Source of the DNA: a bacterium
GTDB lineage: Bacteria > Actinomycetota > Acidimicrobiia > Acidimicrobiales > CATQHL01
Direction of reading: 5' to 3'
Length of the DNA: 46,425 nt
Assembly: GCA_026706565.1 (NCBI GenBank)
Contig: JAPOYM010000130.1
Span: forward strand, 1 to 46,425
The translations under genes were made by a program, and so were the position numbers. Below, piece after piece: positions 1 to 10,689 of the stretch (position 1 is the first letter of the stretch; every line of letters starts with the position of its first letter). Below the pieces are notes generated by a model. That model was not told the DNA's origin, ran no database searches, and saw only the letters and a list, made by a program, of their open reading frames with translations.

Positions 1-3000
1 GTCGCCCTGCTGCGTGAGGGTCAGCGAGACGCTCAGCGGCGCCGACGGCGCGGGCGCCGCGGTGACGGTGAAGGTCGCCGCTGTGCCCTCGGTGACGCCG
101 GCGCCGCCGCTGACGCTGACCTCAGGGGTCTGCGGCGCACCGGCTTGGCGCGGGATGCCTGTCACCTCCAGAGTGAACGTGCCCCTCGCTCCCGAGCGGA
201 AGGTGGTGGCTTCGATCGTGTAGTCGCCCGCCGCCAACGTGACCTCCAGCAACGCCGACCAAGGATGCACGCCGGACCGCCTCCGACCGTCGTCGTTGCG
301 CGCCACCACCGCAGCCGAACGCTCCCCGACGCCCCTCCTCAAGTTGAGGTAGGTGTCGGGATCGCCGGCCTGCTCTCCCCGCAGATCGATCGTTACCCGG
401 CTCTGCTGGACGAGGCTGAAGTTGTAGTACTCGGCGCTCTTGTTTGAGTAGCTCGTGGGCGTCAGGCACGCCGCAGTCCACTCGCCCCGAACGACCCCGG
501 GGCCGGTGAGATCGTGTACGCACGGGTCTGAGGTGCTTGCTAACGCGGGAAGGTCATCGTCGGCCACGGCCACGGTGGCCGCGCCCTCGGTGCCCGAGAC
601 CGTGTAACCCTTCCCGCTGTCGAGGGTGACGGTCACCGAGCCGTCCGCCTCGTCGTCGGAATCGTCCAACGTCGCCACCGCGAGCTGCACCGAACCGCTC
701 GTGGGGACCGCCACAGTCCGCGAACCCGTCGCCACGCCGAAATCGCCGGTCTGGGCGACGGTCAACGACACGCTCAACGGCGCCGACGGTGCCGGGCTGG
801 CGGTGACGGTGAAGGAGGCGTCAGCGCCCTCGGTCACCCCCGAGGCGGCGGTGACGCTGACCTCCGGCAACGGATCGTCATCGTCGGCCACGGCCACGGT
901 GGCCGCGCCCTCGGTGCCCGAGACCGTGTAACCCTTCCCGCTGTCGAGGGTGACGGTCACCGAGCCGTCCGCCTCGTCGTCGGAATCGTCCAACGTCGCC
1001 ACCGCGAGCTGCACCGAACCGCTCGTGGGGACCGCCACAGTCCGCGAACCCGTCGCCACGCCGAAATCGCCGGTCTGGGCGACGGTCAACGACACGCTCA
1101 ACGGCGCCGACGGTGCCGGGCTGGCGGTGACGGTGAAGGAGGCGTCAGCGCCCTCGGTCACCCCCGAGGCGGCGGTGACGCTGACCTCCGGATCTGTTTT
1201 CGCCTGGGGCAGGCCGGCCACGGTCAAGGTGAACGAACCGACCCGATCGCTGCTGTAGGTGGTCGCTTCGATCGTGTAGTCGCCCGCGGGGAGCGTCCTG
1301 TGGAGCCGCGAGTTCGTGCCCTCCCCGCCGTCATCGTCCGCGAACAGGGCGCTGCCTTTCCGGTCTCCCCCGCGCCTCAGGTAGAGGTAGGGGTCGACCA
1401 CGGACTTGAGATCGATTGTGACTTCGCTCTGCTTGTCCAAGCTGAAGTTGTAGTAGCGGGCGAAACTCCTCCTGGCCTGCGACCGGCAGACAGCTATCCA
1501 CCTGCCCTCGGTGGATCCGTCGCCCGTAAGGTCTGCGGCACAGTCGATGGCAGGCAAACCGGCGAGGGGCAGCTGAGCGAAGCCGTGACCCCAACTGCTG
1601 TCAGCACCCGCGGTGCCGCGCTCGGCCGCGTTGGTCTTCAGATAGTCGGCCAGTTTCTGGGGGGTGAAGGTGGGGTTGCGCTGCAGGACCAGGGCGGCGA
1701 GACCTGCCACGTGCGGCGCCGCCTGAGAGGTGCCGCAGAACCTGGTTCTGCGTGTCGTGAGCCCACAAGCCACACCCACGATGTCCGGTTTGATCCGCCC
1801 GTCAGGCGTGGGACCGCGGCTGCTGTAGGACTCAAGGGTGTTGACGTTCGCATAGTGCGCGGCGCCGACGGCCAGGACGCCCGCGCTGGCGCTGTCCGCC
1901 GGGGACGTGACGGAGTGGCTGAGGGTGAAGTGCTCGAGGCGGGAAAGGGAATTCGAGAAGACCGAGAACTGCACCCAGGACGGAGCGGCGCTGCCATCCT
2001 TCTTCTTCACGAAGGCGGCGTATGTCCCCGGGTTGAGGATGAGCCTAGCGATTCGCTCGGTCGGATAATCCGTCGATCTGCCGCTCTGAGTGTCGGCGCT
2101 GGTGGCGACGACCTGCCCCGTCGTGCTTCCGGGAGGGTAGTACAGGAACTCCAGGTCGAGGTCCTTCGTGGCACCGCCCCAAGTATCATCCCAACGCATA
2201 TAGATCGTCAACCCCGAAAGTGTTGCGAACCTGAAGGACTGGCCTTCGTCGGGGGTCATCCCCTGATGGCGCTGCCACTCGTGGTAGCCGTCGTCGTCGG
2301 AGTCGGCGAACGAGCCGTACCAGGTGCGCTGCGCCCCGTTGCCGGCCGAGTTGACCCAGAGAATCCCATTGTCCGCGGCCCATTTGACCGTGTTGAGCGC
2401 ACTGGGTCTGATCGGCGATGTGCCGTCGGGGGCACCGTGGTACGTCCAGCTGACCGAGTGGACGATGACCTTCACGCCCTGGTCCTTCATCCACTCGGCA
2501 GCGCTCTGCAGGTCGCCGAAACTGGCGGGATTCGAGACGTACAGCGAAGCATCAGGGGCGACGTCCATCAGGGTCTCGGCGACGATGGTGCCATGGTCGG
2601 CGCCGGGGAAAGAATCGCAATTGGCCAGATCGCTCGTGGGTCTGCCGAGCGAGCGGTAACAGCGGCCGGTCACGGTCCTCGGCAGTTCGGTCCCCAGCCG
2701 CGCGCGCAACCCGACGAACCCGTCCTTGTGGTTGTGCCGCGACGCAAAGTCGATGACGCCGACCTTGACACCCCTGCCCGTGAACCCGGCCTCCTGCCAG
2801 ATGTCGGCCAGGTGAAGAGCCACGCCCTGACTGGTGACCGCACCCCGGAGCGGCTCCAGCGGCGGGATCTCGCGCACCCGCATCACCCCGGCCTGCCGGG
2901 CGAGTTGCCCCAGCAACGCCGGCGGCAGGTTCACCTCGAGGTAGTCCGATGACACATTGACCGCGCTCACGCCGGCGCGGGCAAGGAACGCCACGACGCC

Positions 3001-3414
3001 GTCACGATTGCCGTCGAGCTGCACCATGAGCGGGATCGGTTCGCTCGACGTCGAATCGGGGCCCAAGGCGAGCGTCGGGGGCGCAGGGGTCGCCGTCGCG
3101 TTCGGGTCGGAGGTGTCCGGGTCGGGAGCGCGGGCGGCCGCCGACTCGTGGCTGACGGCCAACGTGCTGAGCTGCGAACCGAGATTCTGGTACACCTGCC
3201 CCGGATCGAGCGCGGGCACGGGGCCCGGCGACTCCGAGAGCAGATCGTCGGGGAGCAGAGGCTCTTCGGGGTCCGAGTCGGTCGGAGGAGCAGCGTCCTC
3301 GATCCGGGTCTCCGCGGCGACGCCGGGGATCGACGCCGCCAACAGCGCCACGGCCAAGCCCAGAACCACCCCCGCTCGGCGGGCCTGACGACAGAATGCT
3401 CCCCGGCCGGACAT
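1..3414 (-). CDS. Large secreted S8 (subtilisin-like) serine protease with C-terminal PPC-like and Calx-beta-like domains; 3' end lies beyond the window edge
   Basis: Translated by hand; absent from the ORF track because there is no stop in the window. ATG at 3414; signal peptide MSGRGAFCRQARRAGVVLGLAVALLAASIPGVAA; catalytic motifs GVKVGVID, DHGTIVAE, NSAGN, SSRGPTPDGRIKPD, FCGTSQAAPHVAG. Followed by PPC-like units (YYNFSL...DPYLYL...DDDGG...GDYTIEATT) and Calx-beta-like units (PEVSVTAASGVTEGADASFTVTA...DDSDDEADGSVTVTL). In frame to position 1. Confidence 0.9.
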   Translation of the reverse strand, partial: MSGRGAFCRQARRAGVVLGLAVALLAASIPGVAAETRIEDAAPPTDSDPEEPLLPDDLLSESPGPVPALDPGQVYQNLGSQLSTLAVSHESAAARAPDPDTSDPNATATPAPPTLALGPDSTSSEPIPLMVQLDGNRDGVVAFLARAGVSAVNVSSDYLEVNLPPALLGQLARQAGVMRVREIPPLEPLRGAVTSQGVALHLADIWQEAGFTGRGVKVGVIDFASRHNHKDGFVGLRARLGTELPRTVTGRCYRSLGRPTSDLANCDSFPGADHGTIVAETLMDVAPDASLYVSNPASFGDLQSAAEWMKDQGVKVIVHSVSWTYHGAPDGTSPIRPSALNTVKWAADNGILWVNSAGNGAQRTWYGSFADSDDDGYHEWQRHQGMTPDEGQSFRFATLSGLTIYMRWDDTWGGATKDLDLEFLYYPPGSTTGQVVATSADTQSGRSTDYPTERIARLILNPGTYAAFVKKKDGSAAPSWVQFSVFSNSLSRLEHFTLSHSVTSPADSASAGVLAVGAAHYANVNTLESYSSRGPTPDGRIKPDIVGVACGLTTRRTRFCGTSQAAPHVAGLAALVLQRNPTFTPQKLADYLKTNAAERGTAGADSSWGHGFAQLPLAGLPAIDCAADLTGDGSTEGRWIAVCRSQARRSFARYYNFSLDKQSEVTIDLKSVVDPYLYLRRGGDRKGSALFADDDGGEGTNSRLHRTLPAGDYTIEATTYSSDRVGSFTLTVAGLPQAKTDPEVSVTAASGVTEGADASFTVTASPAPSAPLSVSLTVAQTGDFGVATGSRTVAVPTSGSVQLAVATLDDSDDEADGSVTVTLDSGKGYTVSGTEGAATVAVADDDDPLPEVSVTAASGVTEGADASFTVTASPAPSAPLSVSLTVAQTGDFGVATGSRTVAVPTSGSVQLAVATLDDSDDEADGSVTVTLDSGKGYTVSGTEGAATVAVADDDLPALASTSDPCVHDLTGPGVVRGEWTAACLTPTSYSNKSAEYYNFSLVQQSRVTIDLRGEQAGDPDTYLNLRRGVGERSAAVVARNDDGRRRSGVHPWSALLEVTLAAGDYTIEATTFRSGARGTFTLEVTGIPRQAGAPQTPEVSVSGGAGVTEGTAATFTVTAAPAPSAPLSVSLTLTQQGD
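553..1191. repeat. Tandem direct repeat of two ~315-bp copies (553-867 and 877-1191, period 324 bp) encoding duplicated Calx-beta-like domains
   Basis: Copies appear identical by eye; antisense ORFs 626..931 and 950..1258 translate identically for about 80 aa. Confidence 0.9.
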
Positions 3415-3449
3415 CCCTTGGATATTACTCTCCGACGGCGGACTCCCGG

Positions 3450-4157
3450 TCACCGGTCGCGGCGGCGGAGGTCCTCGCGGGTGTCGATGTCGGTGGGGTC
3501 GCCGGGGCAGGTGACTTGGCGGACCATCTCGGGACGGCGGCGCATGAGCTGGCGGGCACCCTCGTCGCCGTCGAGCGGCAGCAGCGGCCAGACCGAGGCG
3601 TCGAGCTTCACCGGCGGCCGGCGGCGGGCCCCGTAGACGGCGGTGACGATGGCGCCGGGGGCCGCGGCGACGCGCCGCCACGCCTCGACGCCGACGAGGG
3701 GCTGATCCGCCACGCCCACCACGACCGCCGCGTGACCGTCCATCTCGGCAGTGCGGACGCCGGCCTGCAGCGACCATGACTGGCCGCGCTGCCAGTCGTG
3801 GTTCATCACGATGGTCACCTCGGGGGGGAGCAGGTCGCTGAGGTCCTCGGCGCCGAGCACCACGTAGACGGCCGCCAGAGGGGCTTCGAGGGCGGCATCG
3901 ACAGCCCACCGGAGGAGGGGCCGGCCACCGAACTCGGCGCGCAGTTTGTGAGTGGGGCCGGCGAACCGCGATCCCTCGCCGGCGGCCAGCAGGACGCCCG
4001 CAGTCCCGCGGCGGGTATCAGCCGTAAGGCCGCTTCCGGCGGGGTTGTCGGCGGCAGGCCCGGCAGGTCGAGAAGCCCGCGGCACCGGGTTCAGTCCAGC
4101 GAGGCGAGAGACCGTTGACCGCGCCGCGGCCGGTCCCGGCGAGCGTTCCGGCAGCAC
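3450..4157 (-). CDS. mocA: MocA/MobA-like nucleotidyltransferase (probable molybdenum cofactor cytidylyltransferase); true start may be downstream
   Basis: LLAAGEGSRF-G--KL, NHDWQRGQSWSL, DQP, GDEGAR and DIDT motifs; last gene of the cox/xdhC cluster. Confidence 0.8.
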   Translation of the reverse strand: MLPERSPGPAAARSTVSRLAGLNPVPRASRPAGPAADNPAGSGLTADTRRGTAGVLLAAGEGSRFAGPTHKLRAEFGGRPLLRWAVDAALEAPLAAVYVVLGAEDLSDLLPPEVTIVMNHDWQRGQSWSLQAGVRTAEMDGHAAVVVGVADQPLVGVEAWRRVAAAPGAIVTAVYGARRRPPVKLDASVWPLLPLDGDEGARQLMRRRPEMVRQVTCPGDPTDIDTREDLRRRDR

Positions 4158-4160
4158 TTC

Positions 4161-4958
4161 TCAGCGATGGATGGGGCCGGCGCTGTCCCGCAGCGACGGG
4201 GCCGCCCGTCCAGCGCGGACCGCGATGATCTCCGCCACGACCGAGACCGCCGTCTCCTCGGGAGTGCGCCCGCCGATGTCGAGGCCGATCGGGGCCATGA
4301 GCCTCGCCAGCCCGTCCTCGTCCACTCCCACCTCGCGGAGCCGCTCGATCCGCTTGGCGTGGGTGCGGCGGCTGCCCATCACCCCGATGTAGCCCACGTC
4401 GGTCTGCAGGGCGCGCACCACCGCCGGCACGTCGAACTTGGTGTCGTGGGTGAGGATGCAGACGGCGTCGACGGGCCGCAGCCTGCCGCCGTAGGCGTCG
4501 AAGACGTTGTCGGGCCACTCGACCCTGATCTCGTCGGCCATCGGGAAGCGCTTGGGCGTGGCGAAGACCTTGCGGGCGTCGCACACCACGACCTTGTAGC
4601 CCAGCACCTTCGCCACCCTCGCCAGGGCGGCGGTGAAGTCCACGGCGCCGAAGATCAGCATCCTGGGCTGGGGGGCGAAGGACTCCACGAACAGCGTGAG
4701 GTCCTCCATCCGCTGCTCCCCGCCGGCGCCGTAGTGGCGGACGCAGGTCTGGCCCAGTTCGAGTTCGCCGAGCACGTCACGGGTCGCAACGTCGTCGAGT
4801 TCGGGGCTGCCGAGGGTCCCGAGCGCCTCCATACCGGGACGCACGAGCAGGCGGGCGCCCTTGCCGACCCCCTCGATGATCGTGGCCAGCGCGACCGGCT
4901 CGTCGGCCCGCAACGCCTCGGCGAGGGCCTCATAGAGGGGCGCCGGATCGGCAGCCAT
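4161..4958 (-). CDS. XdhC/CoxI-family Moco insertion chaperone, C-terminal part
   Basis: IFGAVDF, LTHDTKFD, GYIGVMGSRR and APIGLDIGGRTPEETAVS motifs. Confidence 0.9.
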   Translation of the reverse strand: MAADPAPLYEALAEALRADEPVALATIIEGVGKGARLLVRPGMEALGTLGSPELDDVATRDVLGELELGQTCVRHYGAGGEQRMEDLTLFVESFAPQPRMLIFGAVDFTAALARVAKVLGYKVVVCDARKVFATPKRFPMADEIRVEWPDNVFDAYGGRLRPVDAVCILTHDTKFDVPAVVRALQTDVGYIGVMGSRRTHAKRIERLREVGVDEDGLARLMAPIGLDIGGRTPEETAVSVVAEIIAVRAGRAAPSLRDSAGPIHR

Positions 4959-4965
4959 ACGGTGC

Positions 4966-5280
4966 CTACCAGTCCAGCGGCTCGACGAAGAGGTGGATCG
5001 TGCCGCCGCAGGTGAGACCCACGGCGAACGCCTCGTCGTCGCTGTAGCCGAAGCTCACCATGCGCCGCTCACCCGCCTCGAGCACCTCCAGCGCCTCGGC
5101 CACCACCGCGCCCTCCACGCAACCGCCCGACACCGAGCCCGACACCTCGCCCGCCTCGTTCACCGCCATGGCGGCGCCCGGGTCCCGCGGGCCTGACCCG
5201 TCGAGATCGGTCACGCGGGCCACCGCCACACGCTGACCGGCCGCTCGCCAGCGGTCGATATCGTCCAGCAACTCCTGCAT
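4966..5280 (-). CDS. XdhC/CoxF-family protein, N-terminal domain
   Basis: GSGPRDPGAAM, GSVSGGCVEGAV and AVGLTCGGTI motifs. Confidence 0.9.
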   Translation of the reverse strand: MQELLDDIDRWRAAGQRVAVARVTDLDGSGPRDPGAAMAVNEAGEVSGSVSGGCVEGAVVAEALEVLEAGERRMVSFGYSDDEAFAVGLTCGGTIHLFVEPLDW

Positions 5281-5381
5281 CAGAACCTCCCGGAGGGCTG
5301 CGCTCGGCTGTGCTCACCGAAGCGTAGGCCGATAGCGGGACTCCGACCCCCCTTTTCGAGGCAGCTCTTTGGAGGCATCTC

Positions 5382-6521
5382 TCAGGCCGCGACCCTGTCG
5401 GCAAGTTCTTCCAGCGATGCCAGCGAGTGGCCCTCCACGAACTCGTCCACGAAGGGCAGCGCCGCAGCCATCCCCTGCGCTAGGGGGGCGTAGCCCGGCG
5501 TGGCCTTGAGGGGGTTGACCCAGACGATCCGGTGCGCCACCCGGCTGAGGCGGGCCATGCTCTCGGCCATGGCCGCGGGCTCGCCCCGGTCCCAACCGTC
5601 GGAGAGGACCACGACCACGGCGCCGCGCGCCATGCCCCGCACTCCCCACAGGTCGCAGAAGACGCCGATCGACTCGCCGAGGCGGGTGCCGCCGGACCAG
5701 TCCGCCACCACGCCGGCGGCACGGTCGAAGGCTGCGTCGGGGTCGCGGGTCGAGAGCTCGCGGGTGAGGCGGGTGAGCCGGGTTCCCAGAGCGAAGGCCT
5801 CCACCCGGCGGCGAGCCACCACCGCGGCGTGCACGAAGCGCAGCAGCGCCCGGGCGTAGGACTCCATCGAGCCGCTCACGTCCAGCAGCAGCACCAGGCG
5901 GCGGGGCTGCTCGCCTGGTCGGCGGAACGACCGGCTGATCGGCTCGCCGCCGGCCTGCAGCGCCCGGCGCACCGTGCGGCGCAGGTCGGGCCGTCCCCGC
6001 GGCACCCGCACGGCCTGCAACCGCCGTGACCGGCGCATCACGCCGCCGAGCCGCAACTGGCTCATCAGTTGAGCCAGTTCGGCCAGCTCGTCGGCGGTGC
6101 AGTCGGCGAAGTCCTTCTCCCGCAGCAACTCGTAGGGGCTGTAGCGCACCGCGATGGTGTCCGAGTCGTCCTCGCCGTCGCCGTCGGGACCGTCCCCCTC
6201 GAGGTCGTCGAAGGCGAGGGTGACCTCCGCCACCGGCGGCGGCGGGAGCAGGCTCTGCGGGTCGATCCCCTCCCAGAAGCGGGTGAACACCATGTCGTAG
6301 GTGTCGAAGTCCTCGGGCCGGTGCACCAGCGTGGCGCGACCGCACCAGTACACCTTGGCGCGGGTGTCCACCCCGACTGCGCCCAGCGCCGCCAGGAAGG
6401 TGATCATCGAACCCACCGGCACTTCCAGCTCCGCCTCGCGCAGCGCGGCGCCGAAGCGGGCGGCCAGAGCGCAGATGTTCTCAGCTCGCGCCGCGGCGAC
6501 GAGAGCCGGGCCGTCGGTCAC
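5382..6521 (-). CDS. coxE: CoxE-like VWA domain protein
   Basis: MIDAS motif LLDVSGSM; WSGGTRLG, LSDGWD and WVNP; adjacent to a MoxR ATPase. Confidence 0.9.
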   Translation of the reverse strand: MTDGPALVAAARAENICALAARFGAALREAELEVPVGSMITFLAALGAVGVDTRAKVYWCGRATLVHRPEDFDTYDMVFTRFWEGIDPQSLLPPPPVAEVTLAFDDLEGDGPDGDGEDDSDTIAVRYSPYELLREKDFADCTADELAELAQLMSQLRLGGVMRRSRRLQAVRVPRGRPDLRRTVRRALQAGGEPISRSFRRPGEQPRRLVLLLDVSGSMESYARALLRFVHAAVVARRRVEAFALGTRLTRLTRELSTRDPDAAFDRAAGVVADWSGGTRLGESIGVFCDLWGVRGMARGAVVVVLSDGWDRGEPAAMAESMARLSRVAHRIVWVNPLKATPGYAPLAQGMAAALPFVDEFVEGHSLASLEELADRVAA

Positions 6522-6577
6522 AGTCGGAGGTTCACCGCACTCGGCGGGTGAGGTGGCAACTCGCAGGGGCCACGCCG

Positions 6578-7486
6578 CTAGCGGCTCGTGGCCTCGGCGA
6601 TGATCCTGTCGAGGCCGAAGTCCTGGACCCGCCCCTGATCCTCCCGGTACTTGAGCACGGCTCCCAGGGTCACCTCGGCGCTGGTGGCGTCCAGGCCGTC
6701 CACACCGAGACGCACCAGCGCCATCGACCAGTCGATGCTCTCGGCCACGCCGGGCGGCTTGTAGAGGCCGATGTCGCGGAACCGGGCGACAGCGGCCGCG
6801 ACCTGGCGCGCCAGCGCCGGCGCGACACCGTTGGTGCGCAGCGAGATGATCGCCACCTCGCGTTCGAAGTCGGGGTGCTCCACCCAGTGGTAAAGGCAGC
6901 GGCGCTTAAGGGCGTCGTGGACGTCGCGGGTGCGGTTGGAGGTCACCACCACGATCGGCGGCGCGGCGGCGCGGAAGGTCCCCAACTCGGGCACCGTGAT
7001 CGACCAGTCCGAAAGGACCTCCAGCAGGAAGGCCTCGAACTCGTCGTCGGATCGGTCCACCTCGTCGATCAGCAGCACCGGCGGCGCCGGGTCGTCGTGG
7101 GAGATGGCGTCCAGCAGCGGCCGCTTCACCAGGAAGCGTTCGGAGTACAGGGAGTCCTCCAGCGCGGCCGCATCGGCACCGGACGCCCCACCGGTGGCTT
7201 CGGCCGTGCGCAGGTGCAGCAACTGGCGCGAGTAGTCCCACTCGTACACGGCCTGGGACACGTCGATGCCCTCGTAGCACTGCAGGCGGATGAGGCGGCT
7301 GCCCAGCCAACCGGCCAGCGTCTTGGCCACCTCGGTCTTGCCGACTCCGGCCTCGCCCTCCAGCAGCAGCGGCCGCTGCAGCGAGAGCGCCAGGAAGATC
7401 GCTGTGGCGAGCCCCTCCGACGGCAGGTAGTCGTTGGCGCGGAGGCCGTCGGCGACCTCGGTCACCGACCCGGGGCCCACTCCCAC
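6578..7486 (-). CDS. coxD: CoxD-like MoxR AAA+ ATPase
   Basis: Walker A GEAGVGKT, RLQCYEG, Walker B LLIDEVDR, TSNRTR and ALKRRC. Confidence 0.9.
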   Translation of the reverse strand: MGVGPGSVTEVADGLRANDYLPSEGLATAIFLALSLQRPLLLEGEAGVGKTEVAKTLAGWLGSRLIRLQCYEGIDVSQAVYEWDYSRQLLHLRTAEATGGASGADAAALEDSLYSERFLVKRPLLDAISHDDPAPPVLLIDEVDRSDDEFEAFLLEVLSDWSITVPELGTFRAAAPPIVVVTSNRTRDVHDALKRRCLYHWVEHPDFEREVAIISLRTNGVAPALARQVAAAVARFRDIGLYKPPGVAESIDWSMALVRLGVDGLDATSAEVTLGAVLKYREDQGRVQDFGLDRIIAEATSR

Positions 7487-7492
7487 GGGGCG

Positions 7493-8316
7493 CTACAACC
7501 CGGCGGCTTCGAGTGCCCGTCGCGTCAGGACCCGGGCCAGGTGCCGGCGGTACTCGACGCTGGCGTTGAGATCCTCGGTGGGTTCGCAGCCCTCGGCGGC
7601 CAACTCCGCCGCCTCGGCGCCCGAAGCCCCGCCCGCCAGAGCGCTCTCGACGGCGGCGGCCCGAACAGGCGTCGAGTCCATGTTCACCAGTCCCACGCCC
7701 ACCTCGCCGCCGGCGCGCACGACCGCTGACACCCCCACGATCGCCCAGTCCTGAGCACGGCGGTTGAACTTCTCGAAACCCCAGCGGGCGCCGTCGGCGG
7801 CGGGAATGCGCACCTCGGTCAGCATCTCGTCGTCGGCCAGCGCCGTCTCCAGGAAGCCGCTGAAGAAGTCGTCGACGGAGATCTCCCTGCTGCCCTGCGG
7901 GCCAGCAGCCACGAGGGTTGCGCCGAGCGCGATGAGTGCCGAGGGAATGTCCGAGGCCGGATCGCCGTGGGCGACCGCCCCGCCGAGGGTCCCCCGGTGG
8001 CGCACCTGCGGGTCGCCGACGTGCGAGGTGACCTCGCCCAGCAGGCCCGCACGGGCCGCAACCAGGTCGCTGGTCTCGACGTCGCGGTGGCGCGTCAGCG
8101 TCCCGATCGCCACGTGGTCGCCCCCGTCGCGGATGTACGACAGGTCGTCGAGACGCCCGATGTCCACGAGGACGGCCGGGCGTGCCAGGCGGAACCGCAT
8201 GAGGGGGATCAGCGAGTGTCCCCCTGCCAGGAGTTTCGCCTCGTCACCGTGGGTGGCGAGGGTGGCGACGGCCTCCTCCGCGGAGCCGGCGCGGACGTAG
8301 TCGAAAGCTGCAGGGA

Positions 8317-8320
<4 letters not shown>
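7493..8320 (-). CDS. coxM: FAD-binding medium subunit of a CO dehydrogenase/xanthine dehydrogenase-family enzyme
   Basis: MIPAAFDY start, [25 protein letters not shown] and ASVEYRRHL; GTGA overlap with the coxS stop. Confidence 0.9.
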
Positions 8321-8781
<461 letters not shown>

Positions 8782-8916
8782 CTGCGCCTCCTGTGACCCC
8801 TGCGTGCCGAAGGGCTCCGGCTAGCGGACGAACGTCTCGCCGCCGGGCGACCACAGTAGCGCAAGCCGCCGGGCGCTCCCACTGCGCGGCTCGTCGCGGC
8901 CGGCGACGGGCCGCGC

Positions 8917-9231
8917 TCAGCCGGAGGGCGCGCCCACAGGCCGCGGGAGGATGGCGTAGGCCTCCTCGCCGGGATACACGAGACCGAAGTCCCGCCGGGC
9001 GATCCGTTCGATCTCGGCGTCGGTCTGAAGCACCGCGATCTCTGCCTCGAGGGCCGCGTTGGACGCCGCCAGCTCGGCCAACTCGGCCTCGAGGCGGGTG
9101 ATCTCGTCCCGTTGAGCCACCCAGTTCCGCACCGGCACGACGCCCCAGGTCCAGACTGCGACAGCGGCGACGGCGAAGCAGCCGGCAATGACCAGCACCA
9201 GCACCAGACGACGAGCGCGGAAGCACCTCAC
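8917..9231 (-). CDS. ftsB: Septum formation initiator, FtsB/DivIC family
   Basis: N-terminal transmembrane helix, coiled coil and [16 protein letters not shown] motif; canonical position after eno. Confidence 0.85.
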   Translation of the reverse strand: MRCFRARRLVLVLVIAGCFAVAAVAVWTWGVVPVRNWVAQRDEITRLEAELAELAASNAALEAEIAVLQTDAEIERIARRDFGLVYPGEEAYAILPRPVGAPSG

Positions 9232-10526
9232 GACGCCGCTCCCGGTGTCCGCGGGCCGAGGGCGGAGGACCCCGACCCGAAGCGCGCGCTCGAGCCGAGT
9301 TCGTCCTCGATGCGCAGGAGCCGGTTGTACTTGGCGGTGCGGTCGCTGCGGGCGGGCGCCCCGGCCTTGATGCGGCCCGCCCCCGTGCCCACCGCCAGGT
9401 CGGAGATCACGGTGTCCTCGGTCTCGCCGGAGCGGTGCGACACCACCGCCCCGTAGCCCGCGGACTGCGCCGCGCCGATGGCGTCGAGGGTCTCGCTCAG
9501 CGTGCCGACCTGGTTCGCCTTCACGAGGATGGAGTTGGCCGCGCCGCAGCGGACGCCCCGCTCGAGCAGGTCCACGCGGGTGACGAAGAGGTCGTCACCC
9601 ACTAGGGCCAAGCGGTCGCCCAGCGCCTCGGTGAGCATCCGCCATCCCTCCCAGTCGTCCTCCGCCATGCCGTCCTCGATGGAGCAGAGCGGATAGTTGT
9701 CTGCCAGATGCACCAGGTAGTCGACCATCTGCGACCGGTCCAGGCGCCTGCCCTCGCCCGCCAGCCGGTAGCCGTCGTCGGCGGCGAACTCGGTGGCCGC
9801 CACGTCGAGGGCGAGCGCCACGTCGGCGCCGGGTCGCAGCCCGGCGGCCTCGACGGCGTCCAGCACGAACCCCAGCGCGGCCTCGTTGCTGGCCGCGTCG
9901 GGCGCGAACCCTCCTTCGTCGCCGACGGCTGTGGACAGCCCGGCGGCGGACAGGCGGCGGCGCAGCGCGTGGTAGATCTCAGCGCCCCACCGCAGCGCCT
10001 CGGAGAACGAGGCCGCCCCGAGGGGCACCACCATGAACTCCTGGAGGTCCAGGTTGTTGTCGGCGTGGGCGCCGCCGTTGAGGAGGTTCATGAGCGGCAC
10101 GGGGAGCCGGTCGGCGCCGTCGCCTCCGAGGCGGCGGTAGAGCGGGATCCCCTTGGAGGCCGCGTCGGCCACCGCCGTCGCCAGTGAGACGCCCAGCACG
10201 GCATTGGCGCCCAGGCGGGACTTCCCCGGCGTCCCGTCGAGTTCGATCATCGTGCGGTCCACGGACCGCTGGTCGCCGGCGTCGAGTCCCCGGACCGCCG
10301 CGGCGATCTCGCCGTCCACCGATGCCACGGCGTCCCGCACTCCCTTGCCGCCGTACCTCGTCCCGCCGTCGCGGCGCTCGACGGCCTCGAGGCTGCCGGT
10401 GGAGGCGCCCGATGGCACCGCGGCCCGACCCCACGCCCCGCACGCCAGGACCACGTCTGCCTCCACGGTGGGGTTGCCCCGCGAATCCAGGATCTCCCGT
10501 CCGGTGGCGTGAACTATTGCGCTCAT
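9228..10526 (-). CDS. eno: Enolase
   Basis: [29 protein letters not shown] and SHRSGETED; start taken as ATG 10526 (MSAIVHATG). Confidence 0.97.
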   Translation of the reverse strand: MSAIVHATGREILDSRGNPTVEADVVLACGAWGRAAVPSGASTGSLEAVERRDGGTRYGGKGVRDAVASVDGEIAAAVRGLDAGDQRSVDRTMIELDGTPGKSRLGANAVLGVSLATAVADAASKGIPLYRRLGGDGADRLPVPLMNLLNGGAHADNNLDLQEFMVVPLGAASFSEALRWGAEIYHALRRRLSAAGLSTAVGDEGGFAPDAASNEAALGFVLDAVEAAGLRPGADVALALDVAATEFAADDGYRLAGEGRRLDRSQMVDYLVHLADNYPLCSIEDGMAEDDWEGWRMLTEALGDRLALVGDDLFVTRVDLLERGVRCGAANSILVKANQVGTLSETLDAIGAAQSAGYGAVVSHRSGETEDTVISDLAVGTGAGRIKAGAPARSDRTAKYNRLLRIEDELGSSARFGSGSSALGPRTPGAAS

Positions 10527-10689
10527 ACCGCTGCGCCCTCGCGTGCCGCGCTGCCCCAAGATCGCGTTGTTCCTGATGGAACTGTGGAGCAGGTGGCAAA
10601 AGTTACTCGTGTTGTCACGGCTTGAAAAGAGGCAGACCCGGATTTCTCCCCGAGCGCCGCAGCGGCGGGCACCCTCCCCCCGAGCGCCG

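Noticed and set aside
1300-2952. Long + strand ORF (550 aa) and similar long antisense ORFs (12501..15548, 23384..24844, 32709..35837, 41625..44369)
   Set aside because: Shadow or alternate frames of real genes in high-GC DNA; no recognisable motifs.
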